Positions 1 to 12,700 of a stretch of DNA of 64,000 nucleotides are shown here, one piece after another. The translations under genes and the position numbers were made by a program. The notes under the pieces are model-generated. The model was not told the origin of the DNA, did not search any database, and saw only the letters and a list, made by a program, of their open reading frames with translations. The stretch's first letter is position 1. Each line of letters starts with the position of its first letter. Origin of the DNA: Macrostomum lignano (lineage: Eukaryota). The DNA is taken from assembly GCA_002269645.1 (NCBI GenBank), contig NIVC01003430.1:34030-98029 (forward strand). Reading direction: 5' to 3'.

Positions 1-3000
1 TATTCATCCAATACTAGATGAATATTCACTGCTTGGTATGTTATGGCTAAACCTCTGACTAAGTTTACTTTGACTAAGACTAAGTAATACCAAACATTTT
101 TATATTATAGAATATAGGCCCTAATGTATTTGATTATAAAACTAGGCTTAGTATGTAGCCCTATAGATAAATACATCAATTTAATGTAGTTTCCTGTTTT
201 TAAAAGCAAAATCATCATTATATTAAAAAACAAGTTATGAAATCTATTTCATCTTTTTATTTTTATTAGAAAAAAAGAAAAAAAATTGTACCAAAAAGTA
301 TTTGTAATATATTTTAATGCTTATGCCTATGGTTATAATTTTTTAAGCTTTTTTTTCTTGTGCATTTTTTTAAACATAATGTTTGAATGTATTTTCTACT
401 TTTGTTCATAGGCCTGGCCTATTGTTAATTATTGTTAATGGCATACATAGCATATAGTTGGCAAACATGGCATAAAGAAAGTAGGCATGCAAACAAAAAA
501 CTTCCAGGGTAGTTGGTTTGCTAATACCAAAATAGGGCAGCCTCAAAATTTTGAATTTCCATTGGCATTAAGTTCACACAAATAATTCCAGAAATTGCAC
601 AGACAAATCCCAATGCCACAAAATGTTTTTCTATTTTATTCCAGCTACTAGGTCCTCAATTCTGGGGGGAGGGTAGTTATCATAGGCAAGCAGTCTTTGT
701 TAGGCATAGTCATTTGAATTAGGGCCTTAGATACCAAAATCAATGTACATCAAAATTCTCAGTTGATTACTATAAGTAGAGTAGCACTGCCACTATAATA
801 ATTTTGTATTATAGAATGTTGAAGTCTTAAAGCTTTCTTTGAAAAGAGAACTATGGGTTATTTTATGCCCTACAGGCAAATGACTCAAGATAGTCTATGG
901 CTTCAATTAATTAATTAGTAAAATAGGTTATTAGAGTTTATTAAGAGCAAATTATATATAAAACTGAATTTAACAAAGGTAATTTATTATATAATAAATG
1001 ATACTACTAAAAGATAGAGTCTGGCAGTACTGCATACATACTAGTAGAAGTTAAATCAAAGGTAAACTGTTAGGCTATCAAGCATAAACAAAAATCAAGG
1101 ACTATAAAGTCAAAAAAAGTATTAGAGAGCCAAGCAAATAGATGGAAGAAAAGGGAAAGGTAGAAGGAAGAAGAGAGAGCATAATTAAGCAATACCAAAG
1201 AGCAATGTATAAATAAAAGTTAGGGAGCAAGAGGTAGACAATAGGGAATAGGTGCTGAGGACGAGGCATAGATAACAAAGGCCAATGCAAGGAGCAAAGA
1301 CAACACCACAGGAAAACAACAGAAACCGAATTGGGAATGCACAAAACTAGGGAAAAGAGCAGGGAGGCTAGGCCTAGGAACCAGGAACGATGATGATAGG
1401 GAGCACCATAGGATGGATAGGTCAGGCTTCACCTGGGACAATAGTGGAAAAATAGGACCAATGACAAATATATATTAGTCTAAATTTCAAAGTAAGGATA
1501 AAAATATTTGTGGTAGCTCATACTATCACAAACATGGGGATACTTTAAAAATTGATGCAATGTCTGACCTCCCAGTCTCAATGGTGTTGGCCTCTGTTTG
1601 CTAGCGCTCAGCTGCCTTAGTTGGCCAATTGGGAGCCATGCGCTGGGCCATCGGGCACAGTGGCTGCATTGTTGCTAGGCTCTTGGCCATTTGGTCACAG
1701 TGAGCATACTTGGACAGTTGCTGGTCTGGGCTGAGCTAGTCGGCCATCTTACAAGGTAAATCTAGTCATATTCATAATATAGACATCCAGGACACTTCTT
1801 TATTGCTGCATCCCAGAATACACATAGCCAAGGTGTCCAACCCTCGCTTAATAGACTGGCGTCCCAGAAGGCAATGGCAAGGAATAAAGCCAAGGCGGGC
1901 CAAGGGTGGCCTCCGCTGGTACAAGCAGATCTTGGCCTAGGTCAGTTGCTCCTTTAAGAGGTCGCAGGTATGTTCCGGTGCCATCCACTAGCAGAGCAAG
2001 CACTAAGGAGCGTTGATGCATGCTCTTCCAAGCCAAGCCAAGTGGCTTGATAAAACCCCTCTTCAAGGGCATTCTTTAGTTAGATATAGGCCAGGATATG
2101 CCAGTAGTGGTTGCTGTGTAAGCATATAGTGTGTTGGCCTCGCCAAGGCAGAGCTATATTGCTAGGGTAGGTGAGGCCTTGGGGCTAGTTGTAGTAGAAC
2201 TCACGCTTGCTCAGTGGCACAACCAAGGGGGGGGGGGCGGTCGCAAGATATGGGTGTCTAGGGTTTAAGCTGCATACCAGATTGATTGAATGAAAGGCCC
2301 CAATATTCTCACATCACATCAATGGGGGTCACATCTAGGAGGAGCTTTGCAAACATTTAGAATTAGACAAATGACTGTAAGAGAGCAAATCAAGGCTCCT
2401 TACTAACATTAATATTAGATTTATTGGATAGTATGAAACTAACCAAAATAATAGGCATGGGTTTCCATAAGGAGTTACACAAACAAAAGGGAGGAAAAGA
2501 GCACTAGAAAATTTTTTCTAGGCTTGGGCTCGATTGCAACATCGATTTGGGGAGCCATAATTCATCTCAGATGCCCTCACTAGGGACATGGCCTCAAACA
2601 AAGAGGACCTGACCCAAGTGCAGCAAGACACTAAAATTAAATAGATCAGTTAGATGAGAAATTTACCTTCAGCTCATTAACTGAAGCTGAGAAGGTTTAC
2701 AAATAATTCAAATTTGTGTAATTCATGCAGCAAACAGTGAGAAAGGAAAATGATACTTTCAGCACTTTGGATGTGTGTAAAGAAAGTTTACAGTAAGGGG
2801 TTTGGCAAAACAGAAGGGATAATTCACATTGAGAGTTATTATAACGCATGCAGATAAATATGAATGCATATGTGCAGGCTTTTGCCAGAAAGCCTAAGGC
2901 TAAATATGAGCACAGAGGTGCAGGCTTAGAGTAATGCATCACATAAGCATGAGCATGCAGAAATAGATAGATTATTGCTTTTATCTGAAAAGGTTAAGGA

Positions 3001-3690
3001 GAGTTAAAATGAAAAATTGCTTTTGTTTAGAAAGCATAAACAAAAGTTGGAAACTGCTTTTACCCTCAAGCATAAGGTCATATTGAAAAGGAAACTGCTT
3101 TTACCCTCAAGCATAAGGTCACATTGAAAAGAATTAAAAATAACTTGTAGCATAGTAGTGGGTGCATCTTGGTGTTTTAGTGTTGTGTTGCTATGTTATC
3201 TTGCATTTTGGAGCACATCATTTGTATTTTGTTTACTTATAAGCTTACATGGTTAAGACGAAAAGACAGCAGAACTTGAAAATCTATGCTGTGCATATTC
3301 TTAAAATGTTAACTATGAGTCTAACTAACTCATAAAAATTTTTGCACACATTTGTACTGTGAGCCTTTTGTACAATGTGCTTCTTGATGTCCTCTCCTAT
3401 CCTCCATAGCATTTCTTCTCTTTAGGGATTTCTTATGGAATGAAATTTAACTTAAAAAAATAAAAATTTAAAAAGCATATAAAAAATTCCAAAGTGCACT
3501 AAACATTTAAGCCTCAGAGTAGCAATGCACCAACCAGACTTCTGTCTGCAAAAAACACATCTTGGCTACAATAGAGTATATAATTAAGAATCTTTATAAT
3601 TGAACACAAAGCCAAACTAAAAAACAGCCATGCAAAGTTGTAATCCAAGCCTGGCTTGAATTTCTCTTTCATGCTAGTAGCTTTTACTAA
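1..3690. other. AT-rich, strongly CpG-depleted region of unknown origin (probably decayed repeat or pseudogene DNA)
   Basis: By eye there is no CG dinucleotide in 1-1260 and only about 20-25 in 1-3690, with many TA/TAG/CTA. It switches abruptly to CpG-rich coding DNA at ~3700. No recognisable protein family. Confidence 0.6.
3050..3131 (+). repeat. Two tandem copies of a 41-bp unit (gaaactgcttttaccctcaagcataaggtcaYattgaaaag)
   Basis: Direct copies at 3050-3090 and 3091-3131, with degenerate 'ttgctttt...' precursors at ~2975-3045. Confidence 0.85.
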
Positions 3691-3710
3691 CTTCAATTTA
3701 TCGCATCATG
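3681..3710 (+). other. Spliced-leader (SL)-like relic abutting the FIP1L1 start codon
   Basis: The genome reads CTTTTACT-AAC-TTCAATTTATCGCATC-ATG. The Macrostomum lignano SL, as I recall it (needs verification), ends ...CTTCTTACTGCGAAGACTCAATTTATTGCATG, giving a 13/14 match over 3693-3706. There is no AG acceptor between 3681 and the ATG. Confidence 0.6.
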
Positions 3711-5441
3711 TCTGCCGATGTCGCCAGCTCGGAGGTGGCCGCGCCCGACCTCGACGCCGAGGCTTCTTCAACAGCAGCAGCTGCGGTGGCGGATTCGACA
3801 GCGGGTGATCAGCAGGCACCGACTCCTCCAGCAGCCAACGGCGCTGTTGATGTTGACGAAGGCGCATCGTCGGGCCCTGCCGATCATCCAGAGCCCGATA
3901 GCCGAGCTGCCGCCGCTGGCGAAGCCGGAGCCAGCGTTGAAGCTGAAGGCCTCGGCGGTGGCGGCGACGACGCTGAAAAGCCGGAGGACGCGGCCGACGA
4001 GGTGTCGGAGGCGCCAGCGCCGGCGCCGACTTCCTCAGGCGTGGCCACGGGCCGCAACAACGAGGAGGAGGCGGACGAAGAGGAAGAGGAGGAGTCGGAC
4101 GAGGACATCAACGTGATCATCAACAAGGCGGACACGGCCAACCCCAACACGGCCTTCAACAGGCAGCAGCAGCAGTCGGCCGCCGGCAAATCAAAGCGCA
4201 CCGGAGCTGCTGCTGGCGGCGGCGGCGGCGGCGGCCAGCGAACGGCGGTTGATCTGGACAATCCGGGCAACATCGGTGGCGCGCCCACCATCGATTACAA
4301 CATGGCCAGCCTGCGCGAGGAGGAGAAGCCGTGGACCCGGCCTGGCGCTGACATTGCCGACTATTTCAACTACGGCTTCAACGAGGAGTCCTGGGTGGCC
4401 TACTGCGAGAAGCAGCGCCTGCTGCGGGCCCAGAACGGCGGCCGGCTGCCCTCGGTGATGACCGACCCGCTGCAGCCGTTCCGTCCGACACGCCGGGGCG
4501 GCGGTGGCGGTGTCGATTCGCATGGCCAGCAGTTGCAGCAGCAGCACGACAGGCATGAGCGGCAGCAGCACGACCGGCACGAGCGGCAGTCGGAGCGGCA
4601 GCACCAGCCGCAGCGGTCCGCCATCACTGTCATCGGGGCCACGTCTGGCGATAATCGACGGCCCCGCCGCGACTCTCAGGGCCAGGACAGCGGCAACGTT
4701 CCCCGCATGATTCCCACTCTGGGTGGCGGCGGCGGCGGCGGAGGTGGCGCTCCGTTTCTTCAGCACCACCCACCGCCGATGCAGCCGCACCTGCAGGGCC
4801 CGATGCAGCTGCCGCCGGCCGCTGCGGCCGCCTTTGGTTTCATTCCGCAGTCCTCGACTGCCCAATTCGTGCCAATGACGGCCGCCCCGCCGCCGCCTCA
4901 GCCTGGGTTTATGCCGGGCCCGGGCGTGCTGGCCTATCCAGGCATGCCGCCGCCGCAGGTGCCCTGGACTGCCGCGCCGCCGCCGCAGATGCCGCCGCCA
5001 CCCCCGGTGTCCGCGGCCAGCTACGCTGGAGAGGCTCTGCATCAGCAGCAGCCAATGCAGCAGCAGCAGCAGATGATGGAGCAGAAGCCCGACCCACCAG
5101 CGGGACCAGCTGGCCACCTGGTCAGCCTCACCGGCAATGCGGGACAGCCAAGCGTTTCTGCCGCCTCCACTGCTGCCGCAGCTTCAGCCGGCTTGAGCGA
5201 CGCTGCCCCCGCCCCCGCCGCCGCTTCAGCTTCGAATTCGTCGCGCGAGCGTCGCCGCCGCCGCAGCAGGAGCCGCAGTCCGCCCGCCGAGTCGTCTTCG
5301 TCAAGCCGCAGCCGGAGCAGCCGCCAGCATCAGCAGCAGGAGGCCAGCAGCGGCGGCTCGCGCAGGCAGCAGCGCTCCCGTTCCCGTAGCGGCGAGCGGC
5401 GCCGTCGCGGCAGCCGCGAACGGGGGGAGCGCCGGAAGTGA
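3708..5441 (+). CDS. FIP1L1: Pre-mRNA 3'-end processing factor FIP1-like (CPSF subunit), 577 aa, single exon
   Basis: Fip1 motif [56 protein letters not shown], an acidic N-terminus ([12 protein letters not shown]), a Pro-rich region and an RS-rich C-terminus. Uninterrupted GC3-rich ORF. Confidence 0.95.
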   Translation: MSADVASSEVAAPDLDAEASSTAAAAVADSTAGDQQAPTPPAANGAVDVDEGASSGPADHPEPDSRAAAAGEAGASVEAEGLGGGGDDAEKPEDAADEVSEAPAPAPTSSGVATGRNNEEEADEEEEEESDEDINVIINKADTANPNTAFNRQQQQSAAGKSKRTGAAAGGGGGGGQRTAVDLDNPGNIGGAPTIDYNMASLREEEKPWTRPGADIADYFNYGFNEESWVAYCEKQRLLRAQNGGRLPSVMTDPLQPFRPTRRGGGGGVDSHGQQLQQQHDRHERQQHDRHERQSERQHQPQRSAITVIGATSGDNRRPRRDSQGQDSGNVPRMIPTLGGGGGGGGGAPFLQHHPPPMQPHLQGPMQLPPAAAAAFGFIPQSSTAQFVPMTAAPPPPQPGFMPGPGVLAYPGMPPPQVPWTAAPPPQMPPPPPVSAASYAGEALHQQQPMQQQQQMMEQKPDPPAGPAGHLVSLTGNAGQPSVSAASTAAAASAGLSDAAPAPAAASASNSSRERRRRRSRSRSPPAESSSSSRSRSSRQHQQQEASSGGSRRQQRSRSRSGERRRRGSRERGERRK

Positions 5442-5672
5442 ATTAATTTAAACGGGCTCGCATACTACTGGTAGTAGAAATTGTTGAAACTGAATGAATT
5501 TTGCAAGGCAAAGCCTTACTCAGCTATTTTAATAATTACTATTACTGTCTCCGGTCATACGACTGATGCGAAGCTGCTTAGCATTTGTCCTTTTTTGTCT
5601 GATCGCCCTTCCCCAATGTTCTAGTTTCCATTGGCGTTAGTCCGCTGTGTGTATGTAAATATACTTTAAAAT

Positions 5673-6122
5673 GTGTTCGCTAATTGCTTTGTTGCACTGC
5701 GTCCGCTGTTCGGCTTTGTTAATGCTGATATGACCAGAATAAATGACAACTTTGGAAGCTGTTCGTATCTGCTGAAAATTTACTTTTTCGCTTATGTGTT
5801 TCTGCTTTCGTTATTTTATTTCCACGTTTCTTATGAAAGCCCTGGCAAACCGGCTCCGAAGTCTAAGATATGCACTGCTAAAGCAGGATTTCCGCACTCT
5901 GAATTGCAGGCCAACCAGGAGAAAAAGTCCGCTCCCGAGCGGCTGGTGGGCAAGCTGTCCTCAGCCCTGCCCGCCTTCACCGATCTGTTCGACGAAGAGA
6001 CTTTCTACATTTTCTTCTTTTGCATTGTGATTGTATCGTTTGCTATCGCCTTTCTGGCTGCCCGGGTGTTCCGCATCCAACTGGTTGACGCGGGCGAGGC
6101 CGAGCACAAGCACTCCAGCTGA
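5673..6122 (+). CDS. Small single-pass membrane protein; confident coding part 5910-6122, 5' end uncertain
   Basis: The GC-rich stretch after ttgcag (5909) encodes ...LPAFTDLFDEETFYIFFFCIVIVSFAIAFLAARVF..., one hydrophobic helix. The upstream part of the ORF is AT-rich and may be non-coding. Confidence 0.6.
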   Translation: MFANCFVALRPLFGFVNADMTRINDNFGSCSYLLKIYFFAYVFLLSLFYFHVSYESPGKPAPKSKICTAKAGFPHSELQANQEKKSAPERLVGKLSSALPAFTDLFDEETFYIFFFCIVIVSFAIAFLAARVFRIQLVDAGEAEHKHSS

Positions 6123-6199
6123 TGCGGCTAGCCGATGGCGCATGGCGCTACCAACAACTTAGCATCTCTTCCTCTAATTGCTGTGCAGCCACCCATCCG

Positions 6200-7040
6200 C
6201 CTTTGCCCCTTCCTACCCCTTGTGCACCTACCCCTCCTCCGCCTCTGCCCCTAACCCTTTTACACCCACCCCTCCTCCGCCTCTGCCCCTAACCCTTTTA
6301 CACCCACCCCTCCTCCGCCTCTGCCCCTAACCCTTTTACACCCACCCCTCCTCCGCCTCTGCCCCTAACCCTTTTACACCCACCCCTCCTCCGCCTCTGC
6401 CCCTAACCCTTGTACACCCACCCCTCCTCCGCCTCTGCCCCTAACCCTTTTACACCCACCCCTCCTCCGCCTCTGCCCCTAACCCTTGTACACCCACCCC
6501 TCCTCCGCCTCTGCCCCTAACCCTTGTACACCCACCCCTCCTCCGCCTCTGCCCCTAACCCTTGTACACCCACCCCTCCTCCGCCTCTGCCCCTAACCCT
6601 TGTACACCCACCGCTCCTCCGCCTCTGCCCCTAACCCTTGTACACCCACCCCTCCTCCGCCTCTGCCCCTAACCCTTGTACACCCACCCCTCCTCCGCCT
6701 CTGCCCCTAACCCTTGTACACCCACCCCTCCTCCGCCTCTGCCCCTAACCCTTGTACACCCACCCCTCCTCCGCCTCTGCCCCTAACCCTTGTACACCCA
6801 CCCCTCCTCCGCCTCTGCCCCTAACCCTTGTACACCCACCCCTCCTCCGCCTCTGCCCCTAACCCTTGTACACATACCCCTCCTCCGCCTCTGCCCCTAA
6901 CCCTTGTACACCCACCCCTCCTCCGCCTCTGCCCCTAACCCTTGTACATCCACCCCTCCTCCGCCTCGGCCCCTACCCCCTTGTACACCCACTCCTCCTC
7001 CGCTTCTGCCCCTAACCCTTGTGCTCCCACCCCTCCTCCT
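6200..7040 (+). repeat. 38-bp minisatellite (cacccacccctcctccgcctctgcccctaacccttgta), about 21 copies
   Basis: Period 38 read directly; each unit contains CCCTAACCCT. Confidence 0.95.
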
Positions 7041-9737
7041 CTGTCCTACCCTTTGTGCGCCAACAACAACTTAACCGCTGCTCTCTTCATGTGTTCTACG
7101 AGACTTTTTGCCACCCTAATCAATTTAAACTTTCCTCATCATATTTTTCCGACTAAAGTATTATTGTTCTGTAAGAGGTTAAGTATAAAAAAGTTCTACG
7201 TCGCCCCAGTGCTAAGTGGAAAGGGACCTAGTCAGATCAGTCAGCTTGTGTCAGCTAGTCAGATTATTTTGTGCTTAAAACTTTTCTGATTACGAATCTC
7301 TTAGCCGTACATGTGAATCTCGAATTGAGAGTTTTTCTGTCTATCCGGCTTCCTATTTCTCATGCTTTTTTTGCCCCAACTCCGCCGTCTAGTCAATGAA
7401 GCACATTACTGTTACTGCTCCTGCCTTATTTATTGTGAATCATAATAAATAGCTAATGCAACTATAATGAAGGGACAAGTGTACTTCGATTCCGCCATAT
7501 TAATGCAGCTTCAAGTTACACATGTTTGTCTCTGAGTGATGCCTTCTCCATGTTTTAATGGATGAAACTAGTTAAAAAACCTCTGGGAATGAAATAATGA
7601 TAATTTATATTCGGCTTTAAAATGAAACAGATATCAGAGATCGAATTCGGTTGCAGCAAACAGAAGTGAAGCAAACTATAGGAGGCTTTCCTGGCTGGCA
7701 GGTGACATTGGGAGGGATAATTATATGTGGATTCAGCTGTGTACAATTCAACTCTATGGCCAGGCCGCTGCAGAGCCAGTTGGGTGCGTGCAGCCGTCAG
7801 TTAAAGGATGCTGAGCGCGGATGTTTGGCCGCCCATCTGAATGCTATACGCGTGCATAAATAATACAGCTAGGTCTGCCTTCAGTGCATTCCCATCATGG
7901 CGTGCTAGTTCTTGCCTGAGTGCTCCCAGCTTGCTGAATTATTCATGAGGAACGCGCGCCCTCCCTCCTGATGGATCCTCTTCTCTGAGCGCACTAGCGC
8001 GGGCTTGACAGGCCCGCTTGGAGTTGCATCGCTTTTTGTTCTGTTTCTTTTTTGCCCACAGCGGAAACGGCTGCTTGCTGGATGTCTTTGAAAGAAAATG
8101 AGGGAGAAACGTATATGCAGAGATGGATTTGTGTGAGCTGGCCCTGCGGCAAGTGCACCCACTCTGCTGCACTTCAATAGGCCGTTAGAGTAAGCAAGAG
8201 ACAGTCACTTAGCGAGGCTCTGGTCCTGCACAGACGCCACCCACGCCTAGTCGGCACCTCGTGGCGTGATTTTGAAATCGTGTACGACTAAGGCAAAGCT
8301 TTGGATTTTGGGTTTGCGAGCGGGACAGTCCTTGATTCTCAAACTCAAAATGCATTTTAGCCTGCAGTGTCAGTGCACACAGCCTTTCCATGCGGTGAGC
8401 AGCTGTTACACTCTCCACCGAGCTTCAGCATTGCTGTTTGTACTCTGCAGTAGTTGCGCGGATATTTAATAATATTGGCTCAGTTGCTCAACTAGACAAT
8501 GTGGCAGTTAATTCAGTGCTTGGCAGAAGTGCACTTGGCCTAAGCTATTATATGCTTTAACAATATGCCTTAGTAGATTGACTGAAGGCGCACAGCTGAT
8601 CAATTCTGCTCCCGAATCGAGACGGATTAAACGCGGAGGCGCTCTCTAGCATAGGCTCTTTAAAAAAATTATTGCTGTTCAACTGCGCCGAAATAGAATG
8701 CGGCGCACTCCGCTTGCCAAGTTCCAGTGGCTCTCCTTGCTGAGCTTTTTGCTCTCCAAGGTAGCCGGATCAATACAGCAGGAGCTGCATTGAGGGGGGG
8801 GGGGCTGCCCAAGCACCGGCGAAACTCGCGCGGAATTTCTTCCCACCTCAAATTTTTTTGCTTAGAAACCGGATCGAGCTTGTTTTTTGCCCAGTGCGAA
8901 TTTTCCCAGCTCTGCAGATCCCAGCCAATCAGCGGGCGGGCACCCCGTCTCCTGGCAGTCCCGCAATAGGAAACGGGGGGTTCATAACTGGCACTAAAAG
9001 TTCCCATCGGCTCCGCTGCCACAAACTGGCCTGCACTGAGACGGGGACTGCGGACTTGACCAACAGGTGAGTCTGGGGGCTTGGATGGCAGCCGCTTCTG
9101 GGTGTGTACTTTTAAGAGAGTTATAGTCACAGTGTTCATTAAGCTGCATGCAGCACTCTAGGGCCATTCTCGATTCCGGACACAGAAAAACATGAAAGGC
9201 TACCGATTTCCGAAATCAGCGAGACATTGTGACTGACCAATTTAGATTGTTAGTCCTGAACTTGTGCAAGAAAAAAGTCATGAATTCTGCTCAGGATCGT
9301 TGCAAATGCACTTGAATTGCTGGCGTGCAGCCTGCGGAAGCCTTGTACAGTCGTGCAGTCCTGACCGGACTGGGCATTTCTGCCATCTCATTTTTCCTCC
9401 CTATGTGGCTCAGAGCATCAATTAGTTTTATGAATTTCGGCGACTCCGTTTCTGACTTCCAGTTGGTGGGGGGGGGGCTGTTGGTAATTGGAAAACCGAT
9501 CGGCTGTCCCGCCTGTCCGCCTGCTCAGCTCCCTGCTGGCGCTGGGGTGACCCAGCAGCCCTCGTGTCTCTCCGAGCTTGTCGGGACTTTACTGGCTGGC
9601 TGGCAGACACTGGCTTCCGTCTCACCCAACTCAGTTGGATGGATGATGCGACTTCGCTCTGTTTTCAAAGGCCGTTGGTTAACGCAATCGCTTGGGTTCC
9701 ATCCACACCCACCCAGATTATCCTTGCTGCAGTCCAG

Positions 9738-12700
9738 ACCGATTCTCTATCTGAATCAGTTCAGCTCAGAGTGCTCATAACTGACTGATTCTCTATCTGA
9801 ATCAGTTCAGCTCAGAGTGCTCATATAAACTGACTGATTCTCTATCTGAATCAGTTCAGCTCAGAGTGCTCATAACTGACTGATTCTCTATCTGAATCAG
9901 TTCAGCTCAGAGTGCTCATAACTGACTGATTCTCTATCTGAATCAGTTCAGCTCAGAGTGCTCATAACTGACTGATTCTCTATTTGAATCAGTTCAGCTC
10001 AGAGTGCTCATAACTGACTGATTCTCTATCTGAATCAGTTCAGCTCAGAGTGCTCATAACTGACTGATTCTCTATCTGAATCAGTTCAGCTCAGAGTGCT
10101 CATAACTGACTGATTCTCTATCTGAATCAGTTCAGCTCAGAGTGCTCATAACTGACTGATTCTCTATCTGAATCAGTTCAGCTCAGAGTGCTCATAACTG
10201 ACCGGTTCTCTATCTGAATCAGTTCAGCTCAGAGTGCTCATAACTGACTGATTCTCTATCTGAATCAGTTCAGCTCAGAGTGCTCATAACTGACCGGTTC
10301 TCTATCTGAATCAGTTCAGCTCAGAGTGCTCATAACTGACTGATTCTCTATCTGAATCAGTTCAGCTCAGAGTGCTCATAACTGACTGATTCTCTATCTG
10401 AATCAGTTCAGCTCAGAGTGCTCATAACTGACCGGTTCTCTATCTGAATCAGTTCAGCTCAGAGTGCTCATAACTGACCGGTTCTCTATCTGAATCAGTT
10501 CAGCTCAGAGTGCTCATAACTGACTGATTCTCTATCTGAATCAGTTCAGCTCAGAGTGCTCATAACTGACCGGTTCTCTATCTGAATCAGTTCAGCTCAG
10601 AGTGCTCATAACTGACCGGTTCTCTATCTGAATCAGTTCAGCTCAGAGTGCTCATAACTGACCGGTTCTCTATCTGAATCAGTTCAGCTCAGAGTGCTCA
10701 TAACTGACTGATTCTCTATCTGAATCAGTTCAGCTCAGAGTGCTCATAACTGACTGATTCTCTATCTGAATCAGTTCAGCTCAGAGTGCTCATAACTGAC
10801 CGGTTCTCTATCTGAATCAGTTCAGCTCAGAGTGCTCATAACTGACTGATTCTCTATCTGAATCAGTTCAGCTCAGAGTGCTCATAACTGACTGATTCTC
10901 TATCTGAATCAGTTCAGCTCAGAGTGCTCATAACTGACTGATTCTCTATCTGAATCAGTTCAGCTCAGAGTGCTCATAACTGACCGGTTCTCTATCTGAA
11001 TCAGTTCAGCTCAGAGTGCTCATAACTGACCGGTTCTCTATCTGAATCAGTTCAGCTCAGAGTGCTCATAACTGACCGGTTCTCTATCTGAATCAGTTCA
11101 GCTCAGAGTGCTCATAACTGACCGGTTCTCTATCTGAATCAGTTCAGCTCAGAGTGCTCATAACTGACCGGTTCTCTATCTGAATCAGTTCAGCTCAGAG
11201 TGCTCATAACTGACCGGTTCTCTATCTGAATCAGTTCAGCTCAGAGTGCTCATAACTGACTGATTCTCTATCTGAATCAGTTCAGCTCAGAGTGCTCATA
11301 ACTGACTGATTCTCTATCTGAATCAGTTCAGCTCAGAGTGCTCATAACTGACCGGTTCTCTATCTGAATCAGTTCAGCTCAGAGTGCTCATAACTGACTG
11401 ATTCTCTATCTGAATCAGTTCAGCTCAGAGTGCTCATAACTGACCGGTTCTCTATCTGAATCAGTTCAGCTCAGAGTGCTCATAACTGACTGATTCTCTA
11501 TCTGAATCAGTTCAGCTCAGAGTGCTCATAACTGACTGATTCTCTATCTGAATCAGTTCAGCTCAGAGTGCTCATAACTGACCGGTTCTCTATCTGAATC
11601 AGTTCAGCTCAGAGTGCTCATAACTGACCGGTTCTCTATCTGAATCAGTTCAGCTCAGAGTGCTCATAACTGACTGATTCTCTATCTGAATCAGTTCAGC
11701 TCAGAGTGCTCATAACTGACCGGTTCTCTATCTGAATCAGTTCAGCTCAGAGTGCTCATAACTGACTGATTCTCTATCTGAATCAGTTCAGCTCAGAGTG
11801 CTCATAACTGACCGGTTCTCTATCTGAATCAGTTCAGCTCAGAGTGCTCATAACTGACTGATTCTCTATCTGAATCAGTTCAGCTCAGAGTGCTCATAAC
11901 TGACTGATTCTCTATCTGAATCAGTTCAGCTCAGAGTGCTCATAACTGACCGGTTCTCTATCTGAATCAGTTCAGCTCAGAGTGCTCATAACTGACCGGT
12001 TCTCTATCTGAATCAGTTCAGCTCAGAGTGCTCATAACTGACTGATTCTCTATCTGAATCAGTTCAGCTCAGAGTGCTCATAACTGACCGGTTCTCTATC
12101 TGAATCAGTTCAGCTCAGAGTGCTCATAACTGACTGATTCTCTATCTGAATCAGTTCAGCTCAGAGTGCTCATAACTGACCGGTTCTCTATCTGAATCAG
12201 TTCAGCTCAGAGTGCTCATAACTGACCGGTTCTCTATCTGAATCAGTTCAGCTCAGAGTGCTCATAACTGACTGATTCTCTATCTGAATCAGTTCAGCTC
12301 AGAGTGCTCATAACTGACCGGTTCTCTATCTGAATCAGTTCAGCTCAGAGTGCTCATAACTGACTGATTCTCTATCTGAATCAGTTCAGCTCAGAGTGCT
12401 CATAACTGACTGATTCTCTATCTGAATCAGTTCAGCTCAGAGTGCTCATAACTGACCGGTTCTCTATCTGAATCAGTTCAGCTCAGAGTGCTCATAACTG
12501 ACCGGTTCTCTATCTGAATCAGTTCAGCTCAGAGTGCTCATAACTGACTGATTCTCTATCTGAATCAGTTCAGCTCAGAGTGCTCATAACTGACTGATTC
12601 TCTATCTGAATCAGTTCAGCTCAGAGTGCTCATAACTGACTGATTCTCTATCTGAATCAGTTCAGCTCAGAGTGCTCATAACTGACCGGTTCTCTATCTG

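Noticed and set aside
1560-2220. A RIP-mutated gene recoverable by reading stops as Gln/Arg, including an HUH-like 'HYWHILAYI' motif
   Set aside because: Stop density in the frames I translated is about what random sequence gives, and no family motif was convincing.
3718-5117. Overlapping and antisense ORFs on FIP1L1, also over ERM, CaM, SPEF1 and the lectin genes
   Set aside because: Expected shadow ORFs of GC3-rich coding sequence with few stop codons.
7555-9140. Degenerate ORF-like stretch and possible DNA-transposon remnant
   Set aside because: No recognisable catalytic motif, TIR or TSD could be established by eye.
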